DNA from: Escherichia phage DCP2
Strand: one strand, 5' to 3'
Sequence record: OR780565.1
DNA length: 64,000 nucleotides
Shown here: positions 20,908 to 39,451 of the stretch, in pieces
How the letters are laid out: every line of letters starts with the position of its first letter
How positions within the stretch are numbered: position 1 is the stretch's first letter
Program-made: the position numbers and the translations under genes
Notes under the pieces: generated by a model
Databases searched by the model: none
What the model saw: only the letters and a program-made list of their open reading frames with translations
Told to the model about the DNA's origin: nothing

Positions 20908-21546
20908 TTATAACGCTTTTTTCATGGCCTCTGCGAGAGCCATATAGGCGTCATCGGCACTTGTATCGGCTTCCGCCGTCTGTGATTCGGTAATTTCCTT
21001 AGGAGTTACCCATGCATCTGGAGCACTTGGACCCCATACTGCATCAACACCTACAGTTAATTTGAATCCTTCGTTTACGATACGATAACCTTTATTTGTG
21101 TCAGTCAATGAACCTAATCCACGAGAAGAAACTCCTGGAATCCATCCGGCACGAATATTAGCTGCTAATTTATCTCCAGGACCGTGGTCACCTTCAATAA
21201 CACGAGCTCGTCCGTATACGTCATTTCCTTTCCACCACATATCTTCTATAATGATAGCGGCTTGCATCGGGTCAACATTAGCGCGTGGAGGATGATTTAA
21301 TTCTCCGAGAGCTTGTTTAGTTAAAACTTGCTCATTAATATAGTCTTTTACCGCTTTTTCTAATATGCGTTTTGGATAAAGACGTTTATTTCTATTGACG
21401 ACTTCTGCTTGCATGAATATTCCTTCGATGTATAAACCCGGTTTTAAACCTAAGTCTTTTCCATCGTGGGATTCAAGCATTGGCACACCATCAATAATTT
21501 CGCCAGGTTGACCCCAAGTTTCAATTAGTAATTGGGGTTCATTCAT
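20908..21546 (-). CDS. 21: gp21 prohead core protease
   Basis: 212 aa, same as T4 gp21; synteny. Confidence 0.85.
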   Translation of the reverse strand: MNEPQLLIETWGQPGEIIDGVPMLESHDGKDLGLKPGLYIEGIFMQAEVVNRNKRLYPKRILEKAVKDYINEQVLTKQALGELNHPPRANVDPMQAAIIIEDMWWKGNDVYGRARVIEGDHGPGDKLAANIRAGWIPGVSSRGLGSLTDTNKGYRIVNEGFKLTVGVDAVWGPSAPDAWVTPKEITESQTAEADTSADDAYMALAEAMKKAL

Positions 21547-21971
21547 TAGCTTAATCCTAATGCTTTACGGCGTTTAAGAGCTTTTTTACGCTTACGCTGA
21601 GCACGAGATTGACCTGCTGGATTGGCAATCTTCGTTTTGGTAGCTTTGCGAGCAATTTGTCTACGTTTTGCTTTAGACAGCCCAGTGGTTTGAAATGCAT
21701 TACGTTCGCGTGTTTTGCGGTCTTTAGTACGTGTAATTTCACCACGAGCTGAAACGTGCTTAACAATGAATTCATTTAACGGCATATTTTCATTAATAGA
21801 AGCTAATGCAACTGCTAAATCAGTTTCATCATCAAGCATATTCTCGACAATTGTATTTATATCGTCTTTATTTAAAGCAGAAGACAATTCGTCAAAGCGA
21901 CCCTGTGCTTCAGGAATAAGTGCTTCGACATTCTCGAGAACTAATTCATGAGTTTCAGGGATCAGAAGCAT
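21546..21971 (-). CDS. 68: gp68 prohead core protein
   Basis: 141 aa, same as T4 gp68; synteny. Confidence 0.8.
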
Positions 21972-22212
21972 TATTCATCATCCTCGTCTTCGTCATCTTC
22001 GTCAGAGTCTTTGTCTTTTTTGTCGTCTTTATCATCACCGTCTTCGTCATCATCCTCGTCTTCAGGTTCTTCACCTTCGATTAAGAAATTACGAGCGATA
22101 GCGATTTTTTCTTCTTTAATTAAATCAATCGTTCTTGCAGCCATGGCTTCAGCAAATAATTTACGAGCTGCTACGAGGTCGTTTGATTTAATAGCTTCAA
22201 TTAAACCTTCCA

Positions 22213-22213
<1 letters not shown>
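21971..22213 (-). CDS. 67: gp67 prohead core protein
   Basis: 80 aa with poly-acidic C-terminus ([14 protein letters not shown]...); same length as T4 gp67. Confidence 0.8.
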
Positions 22214-23838
<1,625 letters not shown>

Positions 23839-23870
23839 TTAAGCAGGATGGGGATTTCTCCCCATTCATT

Positions 23871-24362
23871 TTATTCCCAATAATCGAGAGCGAGAGTTAC
23901 TTCAAAGGTTTGGATTTCATTGTTTGAATCCCAATCTAATTGAAGTTCACCCACGTTAGTAGGCCACAGGCCTTTAATTTCGACTTCTTTTGTTACAGTT
24001 TTAGCGTCACGAGCATATTGGCGTACAATAGCACTCTTTTTATACTCTGCTGGTTTTCCACCAGTAATTTCGTTTCCTTGCCCAGCAGCAATGCTTTGCC
24101 AGTCAACAAACTTCTGACGTGCATCATGCGCCTCATCATTCATTACTGTAATAGTCCAGTCATCGAATGTACGATCGCCTGCTACGTTAATTTTACGGTT
24201 CATAAATCCGACTGGAATTTTTTCTACAATACCAGCTGGTAAAGCAGTGGCTTTACATTGGAATGTAAAATTTTGTCCAAGATAAGAAATTTCTACTTGG
24301 AATAAGTTAGGTCGAGCAAAATCACCAGATTCAAACGCTCGTGTTACATCATCTACAAACAT
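23871..24362 (-). CDS. 19: gp19 tail tube protein
   Basis: 163 aa, same as T4 gp19; minus-strand TATAAATA at 24377-24384 and 24436-24443. Confidence 0.85.
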   Translation of the reverse strand: MFVDDVTRAFESGDFARPNLFQVEISYLGQNFTFQCKATALPAGIVEKIPVGFMNRKINVAGDRTFDDWTITVMNDEAHDARQKFVDWQSIAAGQGNEITGGKPAEYKKSAIVRQYARDAKTVTKEVEIKGLWPTNVGELQLDWDSNNEIQTFEVTLALDYWE

Positions 24363-24469
24363 ATTAGCCTCTGTAGTATTTATATCCCTATGTTTAACCT
24401 AGGGCATATAGAATTAAAGAATTAAGGATATAGTGTATTTATATGGCCTGCCGAAACAGGCCTTTAGAA

Positions 24470-25027
24470 TCATTCTAGTAAATCCCAAAGATCTACGCTA
24501 TTTCTTTTTGACTTTTCTCGGTTAGATTCCCAAGTGATTATTTCTAAATTTTTTACGCTTGCTATAATTTCCGGCGGAATTAAATTATCAAATCCATATT
24601 TGATAGATACTTTATGATCGAGTTGGTAAGCACCTTCTACACCGCACACTCCTATTTTATCAGCATTCGGCCATTTTGACCAAATTTTTCTTATTTTAGC
24701 TGACTTAGTTATAGAATGAACTCTACTAGCATATAATGCAAACTCTTTTCTTTTACCAGTCCATCGAGGATGTTTATCGCCTCTTTGCCATGGTCTGCTT
24801 ATTCCGGATTGAACTTCCGAATTTTTAATAGCAACTTGTTTAATACTACATTTTCTACATGCATGTGTGGGTGTTCTATTTAAAAGCTGAATGCTTCTAC
24901 TAAATTTAATACCGCACAAATCACATTTAGCGTCAACTATTTTATTACTATTCTTTGGCATTAATTCTATTGGAACAGATACTGTATCATGATATGATAC
25001 TTTATATCCTAGAATTGTCGACCACAT
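24470..25027 (-). CDS. HNH homing endonuclease inserted between genes 18 and 19
   Basis: Cys-rich zinc-finger region plus HNH motif (QLDHKVSIKYGFDN...ITWESNREK); start set at the first ATG (MWSTI) because the track's TTG start overlaps the gene 18 terminator hairpin. Confidence 0.7.
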   Translation of the reverse strand: MWSTILGYKVSYHDTVSVPIELMPKNSNKIVDAKCDLCGIKFSRSIQLLNRTPTHACRKCSIKQVAIKNSEVQSGISRPWQRGDKHPRWTGKRKEFALYASRVHSITKSAKIRKIWSKWPNADKIGVCGVEGAYQLDHKVSIKYGFDNLIPPEIIASVKNLEIITWESNREKSKRNSVDLWDLLE

Positions 25028-25092
25028 TTTTGAATGATTTCTTGGTTTTATTGTAACAAACTTAGAAATAATCACTTGTTTCCTCGAGAATA

Positions 25093-25106
25093 GGGGCCGA
25101 AGCCCC
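25093..25106 (-). terminator. GGGGC-UUCG-GCCCC hairpin after gene 18
   Basis: Minus strand reads ggggcttcggcccc immediately 3' of the gp18 stop. Confidence 0.6.
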
Positions 25107-25114
25107 ACAATCAA

Positions 25115-27094
25115 TTAACCTGCAAGACCAGTTAACTCATCGAAATCTGCGCCAGTAGCAGTTGCGACGAAATTAAGTTGGATATAATTTATACTACGAG
25201 CCGGTTGGATGTAGAATGTTGCAACAAACTCATTTCTATCAATTACTGACGGAGTGTTATTTGTTGTATCGCAAACTACACGATATTCATAAATTCCACC
25301 GAGAGCTTTAATTCCCTGTAAGTATTGGGCAGTTTCTGTGCGGAATGATGAACGAGTAAACGCGTTGTTTAATTCGAACAAACGATATTTTGAACTACGT
25401 CCGATATTCGTTTTCAACATATTAAACAGACGACGAACGTTAATACGATCAAATGGAGAAGGAACAGAAGTAGCTGTTTTATCACCATATAATACGTAAC
25501 CATCACCACCTGTACCAGTTACTGGGTTGATAGCTTCTTGGTATAAACGGTCGCGCTGAGCTTGGCGAGTTTCAATAGCAAGTTTAATAACGTTAAGAAT
25601 CTGGCCGCGATTATAACCAGCTGGAGACATCCAAGTCTGAGAAACGTTATCGGTTCTTGCACATAAACCGGCAATATCAGCTGCTAATGGAACCCAACGA
25701 TTTACATCATTATATTTGTCATACTGATATTTGTAGTTACCATCAATTGCTGCGTAGGTTGAACTGATATTAAAGTTATTATCAGTGTATGAACCTGTTG
25801 CGGTTCTCCAATTGACTAAGTTATCAACAGCGCGAGTTACAGGAATTCCAACTACAGTTTCGCGCGGTGGTGAGCACAATACTAAGCAATCCTGGCGAGC
25901 ATCCCCAATTGAAACAACGTGTTTTTGGACAGTAGATGCTGTTTCCAAAGATTCACCGGCGCAAGAACCAGCAATAAACAGCTGAACGTCAACAGATTCA
26001 CGGTCAGCAAAGAAGTCCCAGGCTTCCATTAAATCTCCTGCTGTTACTTCAGCATTTGATGATAATCCACCAGACAGAGTTAAAATTCCAGAGAATCCTT
26101 CTGGCCAGTTTTGTGCAGTTGCGAAAATATATTCTGAACCACCTTTTGCGAAAAAGTCATCAATGTAGATGTTACTATCGTAAATATCTTTTTCACCACG
26201 CTTTGTTGAAAGAACAATACTTTGAACAATAGCATCATTACGGCGAACTATAATAGCGTATTGTGAATCAGTTTGTGGTCCATATCCAAACACTGCCTTA
26301 GCAGTAGATGCGCGTGTTCCGCCACCTGGATAAATTGGGAGTAATGCAGAAGCTCCTTTTGCGTAGTCAGCTTTAGATACGATTTCGATTTCGATTTTAT
26401 CGCCCAACTCGCCTGGATAAAGAGCTACTACTCCTGGAATTCCATATTTTTCGAGATTTGCTTGAAAGTCAACCGCTGTCATAGCAGCTTCAGCATTTTC
26501 AATTTCAGCTAATAAAATACCGGAATCAGTAATAATTTTTCCGAGAGTTATTACTGCAGCTAAGCCAGATGAAGACGAAGAAATTTCCGCGGTCCAGTTA
26601 GAACCTAGTTCTGGATATTCACCGACTTCTTTCGCTTTAGCGATAATTTTTGCGGTAGGAATATTAATTTTCTTAATTTTTCCATCAGCATCTACTTCGG
26701 TAATTTTACCTTCCGTTTCAATGTCTTCTGAAACATACTTAACTGTGATTTTATCTCCAACCGCGTAGTTACTACCTGGGGTAGAAATAGTGTATTCAAT
26801 ATTACCAGCAATCGGAGATGAGTTTTTAGCGGTATCTCTATCGACAGCACGCACAACTCGCAAATCATTTCCATATTGTAAGAAATTCATTGCAGACATA
26901 AAATAGTCAGCAGTTTCAGCTGTAGGTTGACCAAAAGTATTAACTAAATCTACTTCATTTGTAACCTGTTTGATCTGAAAAGCAGGACCCCACTGGAATT
27001 TACCGGCCAAAGCTGCTGTACCAGTAGAGTTATTAACCACGGTGCTTTGAACCGTAGTTTCTTTGAGCTCAATGCCCGGAGATAATAAAGTCAT
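25115..27094 (-). CDS. 18: gp18 contractile tail sheath
   Basis: 659 aa, same as T4 gp18; minus-strand TATAAATA at 27124-27131. Confidence 0.9.
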   Translation of the reverse strand: MTLLSPGIELKETTVQSTVVNNSTGTAALAGKFQWGPAFQIKQVTNEVDLVNTFGQPTAETADYFMSAMNFLQYGNDLRVVRAVDRDTAKNSSPIAGNIEYTISTPGSNYAVGDKITVKYVSEDIETEGKITEVDADGKIKKINIPTAKIIAKAKEVGEYPELGSNWTAEISSSSSGLAAVITLGKIITDSGILLAEIENAEAAMTAVDFQANLEKYGIPGVVALYPGELGDKIEIEIVSKADYAKGASALLPIYPGGGTRASTAKAVFGYGPQTDSQYAIIVRRNDAIVQSIVLSTKRGEKDIYDSNIYIDDFFAKGGSEYIFATAQNWPEGFSGILTLSGGLSSNAEVTAGDLMEAWDFFADRESVDVQLFIAGSCAGESLETASTVQKHVVSIGDARQDCLVLCSPPRETVVGIPVTRAVDNLVNWRTATGSYTDNNFNISSTYAAIDGNYKYQYDKYNDVNRWVPLAADIAGLCARTDNVSQTWMSPAGYNRGQILNVIKLAIETRQAQRDRLYQEAINPVTGTGGDGYVLYGDKTATSVPSPFDRINVRRLFNMLKTNIGRSSKYRLFELNNAFTRSSFRTETAQYLQGIKALGGIYEYRVVCDTTNNTPSVIDRNEFVATFYIQPARSINYIQLNFVATATGADFDELTGLAG

Positions 27095-27125
27095 TTTTAA
27101 TCCTCTTTAATATGCTTTAATATAT

Positions 27126-30263
<3,138 letters not shown>

Positions 30264-30305
30264 GATTTTCTCCTAATCTGGGCTTTAATTAGTTTATAAT
30301 ATTTA

Positions 30306-32007
<1,702 letters not shown>

Positions 32008-32009
32008 TT

Positions 32010-32025
32010 AAAATCCTTTGGGGCC
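32010..32025 (-). terminator. GGGGCC-TTGC-GGCCCC hairpin after wac
   Basis: Perfect 6-bp inverted repeat between wac and gene 13. Confidence 0.55.
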
Positions 32026-32038
32026 TTGCGGCCCCATG

Positions 32039-33496
32039 TTATGCTGGTGATAAAAAGGTAGAAAGTAGTACCCATTCGCCGTCTTTACGAACGTAAGCTT
32101 GGCCATCTTTTGGAGCTTCAGGAATATAACCCGCTTCTTGTAGAGCTTGAACGCTGCTCTGTAAAGAGGATATATTGTCTTTAGCTGTATTTACTTCATG
32201 CGTGACTGCCGCAATGTTAGTTTCATTCGTTTTTATAGAATTAGTTAATCCTCGTTCTTCAACAGTTGATCCGTCAGGATTATTTCCATTTATAAGTGAA
32301 GTAAGTTCAATAACTTGACCTTTAATTCCTGTTCTATTATTTCCTATTTCAACTTGTATATTTTGAACATTATTGTTTAAAACTGAAACTTCTCCTTCAA
32401 GCACTGAAACTTTATTTAATAGAGATCCAGAAGGAGACGGTTGTCCTCCGCTGGAGTCAGTTCCAACAATTTGATTTAACCACGAAACATTCGCTCTTAA
32501 ACCAGACGAAGTGTTTTCACCAACAATTCCGTTTAAAGACTCAATAGAAGTTGTGTGATTTTTAATTTTTCCTTTAATACTAGAAGGAATATCATCTGAA
32601 CCTATAGAAGTTTCAATAGCCGTTAAGCGCTGTTTAACACCTTCACTCTGATTTAATTCATTATTAATAGATTCAATGCTACTTTTGTTATTATTAATTT
32701 CTGTTATTATAGAAACATTTTCTGGGTATCCAATAGAAGATTTAATTTCTGCTATATCAGAATTTATTAAAGTTTGTTTATCATCTATAGTGTTTAATCT
32801 ATTATAAATATTTGGTCCAAAATCTACTGGTTTATTACCAAGTTCATCGCGTAATTTACCAACTTCAACCGTCAATGATCCTACGTCAGATTCAGTAAAT
32901 TTATTTTCTAATTCACTTAAACGAATGCCTTGTGAAGATAATAATGTACTATTTGTTATTATTCTATGTTTCATTCCTGTGCTAGCATTACCAACAACAG
33001 GAAGACCGTTAATGTCTTGGCCAGAATATTGTCCTAATTCCTGTTTAATCCACAATAAATCATTTCTAATTGTTCTATAAACAGAGTTTTCTTCATCATT
33101 AAATGGACCTATATCAGCAATAATTTTGTCAACTGTATTATTAGTTCCAGTTAATATATCAGTGTGTTCACTGGTAAGTGTCTTTAAATTCGATATGTCA
33201 TTTTTATTAACACTGATCTGCGATAGTGCTTCTATATCTCCTGATACATCTAAAACTCCTTGAATTGTTTTAATATCTTTCTGTGATGTTTCAATGGCAG
33301 TTTTAAGAATTCCCACATTTTCATCAAGAACTTCGACGTTTTTAAACACGGAAACAATTGGTCTATTCATTGATCCATCATTTCCATACTTAGTACTAGC
33401 TCCTAATATTTCTTCACCATTTTTAATCCATGAAATACGTTCCTGACCTTCGTCAGGAACGCTATCAACAAAAGGTAACTCTTTTAATTCAATCAT
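32039..33496 (-). CDS. wac: fibritin (whisker antigen control) with C-terminal foldon
   Basis: 485 aa; C-terminus [30 protein letters not shown] is the fibritin foldon. Confidence 0.95.
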   Translation of the reverse strand: MIELKELPFVDSVPDEGQERISWIKNGEEILGASTKYGNDGSMNRPIVSVFKNVEVLDENVGILKTAIETSQKDIKTIQGVLDVSGDIEALSQISVNKNDISNLKTLTSEHTDILTGTNNTVDKIIADIGPFNDEENSVYRTIRNDLLWIKQELGQYSGQDINGLPVVGNASTGMKHRIITNSTLLSSQGIRLSELENKFTESDVGSLTVEVGKLRDELGNKPVDFGPNIYNRLNTIDDKQTLINSDIAEIKSSIGYPENVSIITEINNNKSSIESINNELNQSEGVKQRLTAIETSIGSDDIPSSIKGKIKNHTTSIESLNGIVGENTSSGLRANVSWLNQIVGTDSSGGQPSPSGSLLNKVSVLEGEVSVLNNNVQNIQVEIGNNRTGIKGQVIELTSLINGNNPDGSTVEERGLTNSIKTNETNIAAVTHEVNTAKDNISSLQSSVQALQEAGYIPEAPKDGQAYVRKDGEWVLLSTFLSPA

Positions 33497-33505
33497 TTGT
33501 AATCC

Positions 33506-35056
33506 TTAGTAATGAACTTTAATAATATAGTTTAATGATATATTCCATGGTCTAGTTTCATAACCAATTAATCCTTCACGATTAAGTGTACCATGAGCAT
33601 CTCTCGGTCCACCTAATTCAAATCCATCATTAGTGAAGTATGAAGCATTATCCCAGTCGGAATATTTTCTAGTTCCAAGATATCCTTGATAAACTGACGC
33701 GCCAAATGGGCCTTCACTTCTGTTATATTCACCCCAACCACCAGCATGTTTATGGTATGACATTTGTTGTGCCTGAACACCACCAACATGCATTCCGTCA
33801 CATCCTACGCCCAGTCTATCCTTTCCATAGCCATCTTGTCCACGTTGATTTAAAATATGACCGCCTGTGCCGGCTCCTCTGACGAAAAGACCCCGCATAT
33901 CAGGAACGCCAGGATTATTCCAATCGCCACCAAATCTTGTTCCAACTACGTTTCTATAATCAGGAAATTGGTCACCTGACACGGTTCCGCCGTGGCACAT
34001 AATCCAACCTGGAGGTGCTGAATCACCTGCAAACATCATAATAGTCCCAACCGGAACTCTTTCTGATGCATAACGTTCTGTCGCAACAGGTTGATCACCA
34101 TTTTTCCACATTCCGCCGCGCGACCAAATTCCGTTTGCTGTAAGATGGTCTAAATTTAAAGAACCATTAATAGTTTGTCCACCACGAGTATTAATTACAT
34201 CTGCGTTCCATGCTAATGCTCCAGAGCTATCACCTTCAGGGGCAATACCGGCTTGCGTCGTTAATTTTACCACTCCACGCATAGAACCGGTAGCTCCTCG
34301 ACCATTTAGTGTTTCACCTGTTACTGCAACACCACCCAAATTATTATTAATTTCAGTCTGCGTTCCTAGGCGTATAACACCCTTATATTCATGTGTTGCA
34401 ACAGAATTCATAAAGGTATACGGGGAAATTGCATATCCTTCGCGGAGAGTTCCTTGACGAATTTGTGCAACAGTAGATAATTGAACTACTCCTCTCACCG
34501 ATTCTGTTGCAGTGTCTTCTGAAGGAGCTATTTGCGAAATTAATTTTATTGCAAGTTTTTGGGTTTTTAGCGGAGTCATCGCAGTAGTATCATCAACTCC
34601 AGCCAAAGCTGCAGGTGTAGATGATATTTTAATAACCCCGTTTGATGACTCAGACGAATATCTATTTTTGAACACATCGTCAGTGTGGTATTTCAGTTTT
34701 TGTGGTGTTATTGATGAATTATTATCTGAGCCTTTTAATGTTTCTTCATTTGTTGAATAACGCGTTAAACCATATTTAGTTTCAGTAGCATTTGGATACA
34801 ATAATCTTGTTGCTAATGTAGCTGGTGTAACGATTTTAGAATTATTAGTTCCATCTAAAACCTCTTGCTCTGACGCAATCATTGCTATTCCTTTAACTTC
34901 CATAGTTGCATCAGGAATACCATTTACGCCGATATTACTTATTTTTGATAATGCAGACTGTACTGTCGTAACAGTGCCAGGAAAATTCGATCCAGTAGGA
35001 TCGAATTTAACATATTTTGATTCATTTGATACGTGCTGATATGTATTGTTACTCAT
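33506..35056 (-). CDS. 12: gp12 short tail fibre
   Basis: 516 aa (T4 gp12 527 aa from memory); [14 protein letters not shown]-terminus; C-terminus ...[13 protein letters not shown]. Confidence 0.85.
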   Translation of the reverse strand: MSNNTYQHVSNESKYVKFDPTGSNFPGTVTTVQSALSKISNIGVNGIPDATMEVKGIAMIASEQEVLDGTNNSKIVTPATLATRLLYPNATETKYGLTRYSTNEETLKGSDNNSSITPQKLKYHTDDVFKNRYSSESSNGVIKISSTPAALAGVDDTTAMTPLKTQKLAIKLISQIAPSEDTATESVRGVVQLSTVAQIRQGTLREGYAISPYTFMNSVATHEYKGVIRLGTQTEINNNLGGVAVTGETLNGRGATGSMRGVVKLTTQAGIAPEGDSSGALAWNADVINTRGGQTINGSLNLDHLTANGIWSRGGMWKNGDQPVATERYASERVPVGTIMMFAGDSAPPGWIMCHGGTVSGDQFPDYRNVVGTRFGGDWNNPGVPDMRGLFVRGAGTGGHILNQRGQDGYGKDRLGVGCDGMHVGGVQAQQMSYHKHAGGWGEYNRSEGPFGASVYQGYLGTRKYSDWDNASYFTNDGFELGGPRDAHGTLNREGLIGYETRPWNISLNYIIKVHY

Positions 35057-35712
35057 GCTACTCTCTCAAAATAATAAAATACTGTAGGTTGTGTGTGACT
35101 ATCTAGCGTAACAGTTTGCGCACCTAATAATTGCCAAGTTCCATACCCAGGTTTAGAAGGAGAAATTATTTCCTGTTTGAAAGTAATTCCTTTATCAGAG
35201 TATTGTTCTAAGATATGTTCTTGGTTATCTAAATACTTAACTTGTATTTTATTTCCTATGGTAGGATGGTCTTCAAATGAATCAATTGCAATAAATTTTA
35301 CAACCATTTCCTGTAGAGCTATTCTAACGGCACTAGTAAATTCAATTGAAGTCATTCCATTAGTAGCTTTAACTGGAATACCAAACATGTTAACAATAAC
35401 TGGGTCACCTGATTTGACTGAAGTATCAGTAACAGTTCCTTCAAATGACCAATAGTCGGTTTGTTGCACGCCAGTAGGAGATACGCCGCTTATATTAACT
35501 AATACAGCTCCAACCGGTTGCTCTGCCATATTTCTAACATCATTGATAGCAGATTCTACATTCGGGTCATAAAAACCTTTTGCTATTTGTGAAATTGTTA
35601 CAGCGCCTACTGGCTGATTATTCATAACCGAAATATCATTTTTCTTAGTTCTAAAACCAAGAAAATCTGCTAAGCGGGAAATAACTCCCGCTTTATTATT
35701 AAGTAAACTCAT
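35053..35712 (-). CDS. 11: gp11 baseplate wedge / short-fibre attachment
   Basis: Start set at MSLLNNK (35712), giving 219 aa as in T4; TAATG overlap with the gene 10 stop. Confidence 0.85.
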   Translation of the reverse strand: MSLLNNKAGVISRLADFLGFRTKKNDISVMNNQPVGAVTISQIAKGFYDPNVESAINDVRNMAEQPVGAVLVNISGVSPTGVQQTDYWSFEGTVTDTSVKSGDPVIVNMFGIPVKATNGMTSIEFTSAVRIALQEMVVKFIAIDSFEDHPTIGNKIQVKYLDNQEHILEQYSDKGITFKQEIISPSKPGYGTWQLLGAQTVTLDSHTQPTVFYYFERVA

Positions 35713-37517
35713 TATGCAATCCTTATCCAACGGTATACAGTAATAGACGGTTGAATATTACTAATATTAGTAGGAGGAGTATGTGAAGAGTTTGTTGTTG
35801 CGTAGTCTTCACGATATTTTGTATATATAGGACCAGTTTCGTCTGGGTCATATTGACAACCTCCAATAATAACTGATCCGTTTTCATCTTCAATTAAAAC
35901 TTTTTCATCAGTTTTAGTCGCAGGAAGATTTGCGTTCTCAAGTGTCACCGATGTTGTTCCAACTGTTCCACCGGCAGTATGTGAAGGATTTCCGCTAGAA
36001 TCTAAATCATTATTGTTTAAAGCAAAGTTTGGATCCGTAACATCATCATTCCATCCTACTAAAACTTGTCCTTTACCAAATAATTTCCATGAACCAAATC
36101 CCATATAAGTCACCGGATTATTTGGATTTATAGCATTTTCATAAATTGAACCTACAGGATAAATGCTATCGAAAATAGATGATATTGAATTATACGTTCT
36201 AGTATAAGAATCAACTTTTTCAACATTTGGCCAACCGATTTTATCAAAATCTGTTAAGGCTACATCACCAGTAACTTCGGTAGATGATCCTTTACTAACA
36301 TAACGGTCATCCGTTAATTCAATGATGTCATCTTTTTCTAAAAGAGTTCCTAAATCATTATTGAACCACGTTATAACGATTATATCGCCTGATTCAAATT
36401 TTCTATCAAATAAAAGACTGGTAGGTTTTCCATCTTCATATTCTATAGAATAATCTGTGTTTGATTCTTTCCATTCGCCACCAAGAGATATACATCCTTC
36501 TTGCGTATCTGAATTAGCGCCTTCGCACAAAAACAGAGGATACCCAGCTGTTCCAGCCTGTTGCTGTAAAATTCCATTAAAACGAACCTCAAGAGAATTA
36601 GGATTAATGGGTTCGCCAGGAATTAATCCAAAAGCTGAAAATGGAATTGATTTCATCGCCGATAAATCAGTAACATAAATGCTTCCTTCTAAAGAAGTCT
36701 TTGATGTTAGTTTTGAATCTAGCACTTTTATTTGGCGTCTTGTATATGAACTTCTCCATTGTGATACACCATCCATAAACGTTTCAATTTGAACAGTGTC
36801 GCCAATATTACAAGGCTGTCTTAACCTAATATTAAATCCATCAAGAGGAATTAATTCTCCTTCATTTTCCCCCGGAGAGCCAAAGTCACTGTTTTCACTA
36901 AATACATCGCCGTAATATAATTCGTTACCGCGGTGTTTTACTCTGATGTTATTGACATTATAACTAGTTCCATGGAAAACATCTAAAAAGTCAGTTTGTC
37001 CTTGAACTTCTACTAAAAATTCTTTGCGAGCTACATTACTAATATCTGAACTAATAATTTTATCAATTTGTTTGTTTTTGACATACTCCCAACGTCCTGG
37101 AGCGCAATAAACGAGCTCTAAATCACTAAATTGAATATTAATTTCAACTGACGATGACGACCCTTTAATTGTATCCCCAGAAGCAGCTACTAAAGTAACT
37201 GGATTAATGTTCCATGTTGCAAATACATCCCTAGCTCTAATTACTTTATTATAATCATTAACAGTTCCTTTAGGAAGTTGTAAAGTTACTCTTCCAGAAG
37301 AGGTATTAATAGCGTATGATTTTCCCCACTTAGCTTTTAATGTTTGACCGGATGAAGCATTATAAGTTTTCCAGGCACCGGCTGAATATGGAACATCTCC
37401 ATCGCCAAGTTCATAATAAAGTTCATCAAAGTTTTCATTTATTTTTATACCACCTTTACGCAGGTAGTCACCGGTACCATCATCAACAACATTACCGATA
37501 TTAATATTTTGTTTCAT
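35712..37517 (-). CDS. 10: gp10 baseplate wedge subunit
   Basis: 601 aa (T4 602). Confidence 0.85.
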   Translation of the reverse strand: MKQNINIGNVVDDGTGDYLRKGGIKINENFDELYYELGDGDVPYSAGAWKTYNASSGQTLKAKWGKSYAINTSSGRVTLQLPKGTVNDYNKVIRARDVFATWNINPVTLVAASGDTIKGSSSSVEINIQFSDLELVYCAPGRWEYVKNKQIDKIISSDISNVARKEFLVEVQGQTDFLDVFHGTSYNVNNIRVKHRGNELYYGDVFSENSDFGSPGENEGELIPLDGFNIRLRQPCNIGDTVQIETFMDGVSQWRSSYTRRQIKVLDSKLTSKTSLEGSIYVTDLSAMKSIPFSAFGLIPGEPINPNSLEVRFNGILQQQAGTAGYPLFLCEGANSDTQEGCISLGGEWKESNTDYSIEYEDGKPTSLLFDRKFESGDIIVITWFNNDLGTLLEKDDIIELTDDRYVSKGSSTEVTGDVALTDFDKIGWPNVEKVDSYTRTYNSISSIFDSIYPVGSIYENAINPNNPVTYMGFGSWKLFGKGQVLVGWNDDVTDPNFALNNNDLDSSGNPSHTAGGTVGTTSVTLENANLPATKTDEKVLIEDENGSVIIGGCQYDPDETGPIYTKYREDYATTNSSHTPPTNISNIQPSITVYRWIRIA

Positions 37518-38383
37518 TATTGAGCCACCCCGATTTTCTGCGTAGCGATAACTTTAACTGCTGCTCTCATACCGACAGTTGAAGAACTTATAGTCGCTGT
37601 TACATAATTTGTTTTAATACTAAATGCAATATTAGCGATTTCGTCTTCTTCAGTTTCATTCCCAACTCGCATGACAGCATATTCAGAAGAAATGACCTCT
37701 GAATTAACATTATCCACAAGAATATTTATTTCTGCTGTTTTAATTTTTCTTCCATCTATCGATTGGCACGTAACTAACAATTTAGCCATGTTATATTCAG
37801 TACGGTGAAATAGTGGAATGTCAACTGATCCAGATGTAGAAATATTCCATGTACCTTCAGCTGGTGATTCCTTTTGTCCAAACATACTTTCAATAGAATA
37901 ATTCCAAACAGATGTAGAATTATCAGATGAAATACATCGTAAAGTAACTTTACTATATGGGCTAGTTACTACCAAATTACCCGAAACGCCTTTGATTGAA
38001 TCAATAGCCTGAATTGTTAAAGGATTAGTAACTGATATTGATCCATTTGAGTTAATAAATTCAACACAGTCGCCAAGTTCGCCTTTTTCAATGATAACTT
38101 TAACACCTACAGTAGAGGTATCAATATCATGTCTAGTGCCAACTTTTACTGGAGTTGCGTACTCTGCTATAGAGTGCTTTTGATAATATCCAGTAGCATG
38201 GATAATTTGGCCATTTGCTCCAGTGCCATTTGCTACTGCCATTTTGCGCTGATCGCCAAACGCATTATAAATTGCGTTAAAATCACTATTAATTTTATTA
38301 CCACCGTCGAATAAGATATCACCAGTAGAAGCGTTACCAATTTCGCCGGTATCAATCAATTTCTTTGGTTCTTGAATGAACAT
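37517..38383 (-). CDS. 9: gp9 baseplate wedge, long-fibre socket
   Basis: 288 aa, same as T4 gp9; minus-strand TATAAATA at 38408-38415. Confidence 0.85.
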   Translation of the reverse strand: MFIQEPKKLIDTGEIGNASTGDILFDGGNKINSDFNAIYNAFGDQRKMAVANGTGANGQIIHATGYYQKHSIAEYATPVKVGTRHDIDTSTVGVKVIIEKGELGDCVEFINSNGSISVTNPLTIQAIDSIKGVSGNLVVTSPYSKVTLRCISSDNSTSVWNYSIESMFGQKESPAEGTWNISTSGSVDIPLFHRTEYNMAKLLVTCQSIDGRKIKTAEINILVDNVNSEVISSEYAVMRVGNETEEDEIANIAFSIKTNYVTATISSSTVGMRAAVKVIATQKIGVAQ

Positions 38384-38423
38384 AGCGGTTTCCTTATGAG
38401 TTTATAGTATTTATAAAGAAAAA

Positions 38424-38441
38424 GGGAGCCCATGGGCTCCC
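38424..38441 (-). terminator. GGGAGCCC-ATG-GGCTCCC hairpin after gene 8
   Basis: Perfect 8-bp inverted repeat between genes 8 and 9. Confidence 0.5.
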
Positions 38442-38446
38442 TTAAT

Positions 38447-39451
38447 TTAAAATGTAAACAGAATATTGATTTCTTCTGTCTGATCCATTGCCATGATAAT
38501 AGGTGGCCTATTTTCCATATAAATCATTTCGCCCGAATGCCTCATTAAATCTTCTGGATCATAATAATCCTTTTCAGCTTTAACGTTTGGGTCATTTGGA
38601 TGAACTTTAGCTTCAAGAGGATTGGTGATTATTGATATTTGTCTAAATCCTTTATTTCCCGGTAATGCAGCATCAGGAAAATAAACTGAATCTAAATATG
38701 CTTTAAAACGGATAGTATTTGCCTTAACACGGTAAATTAATCCAAAATCATCTTGTTGCCAAGTGAGATTATCTTCATACCCCCATCTAGTTGGGTCTTC
38801 TTTTAATTCCTCAGGCCAAGGAACTACGATATATTCATTTGTGCATCTATTTATAGATACATCAGGCGGAATCTCAAAAAGATATTCCCAAACATATCCG
38901 TCTCCAGGTTCGATTGTTCCTTCCGCGTCTCCTCGACCTTCAGGAGGAGTCATTGACCTAACAGAAGGAGTCCATTTTCCACCTAACTTAATACATTCAT
39001 CCTTGTCAGTCAAAGATGTTATTGAGCATGTTCCTGTGTCAGGAACATCTAAACAACGATATACTAGCCATCCTGCGCCTGATTCAGTAGCATTGTAAGG
39101 AGCTGAGTTACATACTACAATATCGTTAATTCTAAATGTGTATGGATCCGGATATCTAGTATCTCCCCAATCTCTACGAGGAATAACCGCATCAAGCATA
39201 GATGGAAGAACCTTTACGGTTCCCATCATATGAGTCCACATGTCAGTTACACCCAATACAGAATCAGTTGGATAAGGTGGAGCAAAGCCCACCTCATTTT
39301 CATTTGATGACCACGGTTCTGATCTTCCAAATGTGATAAAGATAGTGTTTTTATCCGGACCACTCCCAATTGAATTATAAAAATTCAACATTTTTTCTGT
39401 TCTAAATTTTGAAGTAACTATCGCACGATAGATAACACTTGAATCATTCAT
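38447..39451 (-). CDS. 8: gp8 baseplate wedge subunit
   Basis: 334 aa, same as T4 gp8. Confidence 0.85.
   Translation of the reverse strand: MNDSSVIYRAIVTSKFRTEKMLNFYNSIGSGPDKNTIFITFGRSEPWSSNENEVGFAPPYPTDSVLGVTDMWTHMMGTVKVLPSMLDAVIPRRDWGDTRYPDPYTFRINDIVVCNSAPYNATESGAGWLVYRCLDVPDTGTCSITSLTDKDECIKLGGKWTPSVRSMTPPEGRGDAEGTIEPGDGYVWEYLFEIPPDVSINRCTNEYIVVPWPEELKEDPTRWGYEDNLTWQQDDFGLIYRVKANTIRFKAYLDSVYFPDAALPGNKGFRQISIITNPLEAKVHPNDPNVKAEKDYYDPEDLMRHSGEMIYMENRPPIIMAMDQTEEINILFTF

Noticed and set aside
25028-25114. TTG-initiated 5' extension of the HNH ORF between genes 18 and 19
   Set aside because: The extension is encoded by the gene 18 terminator hairpin itself; the first ATG (25027) is the more plausible start.
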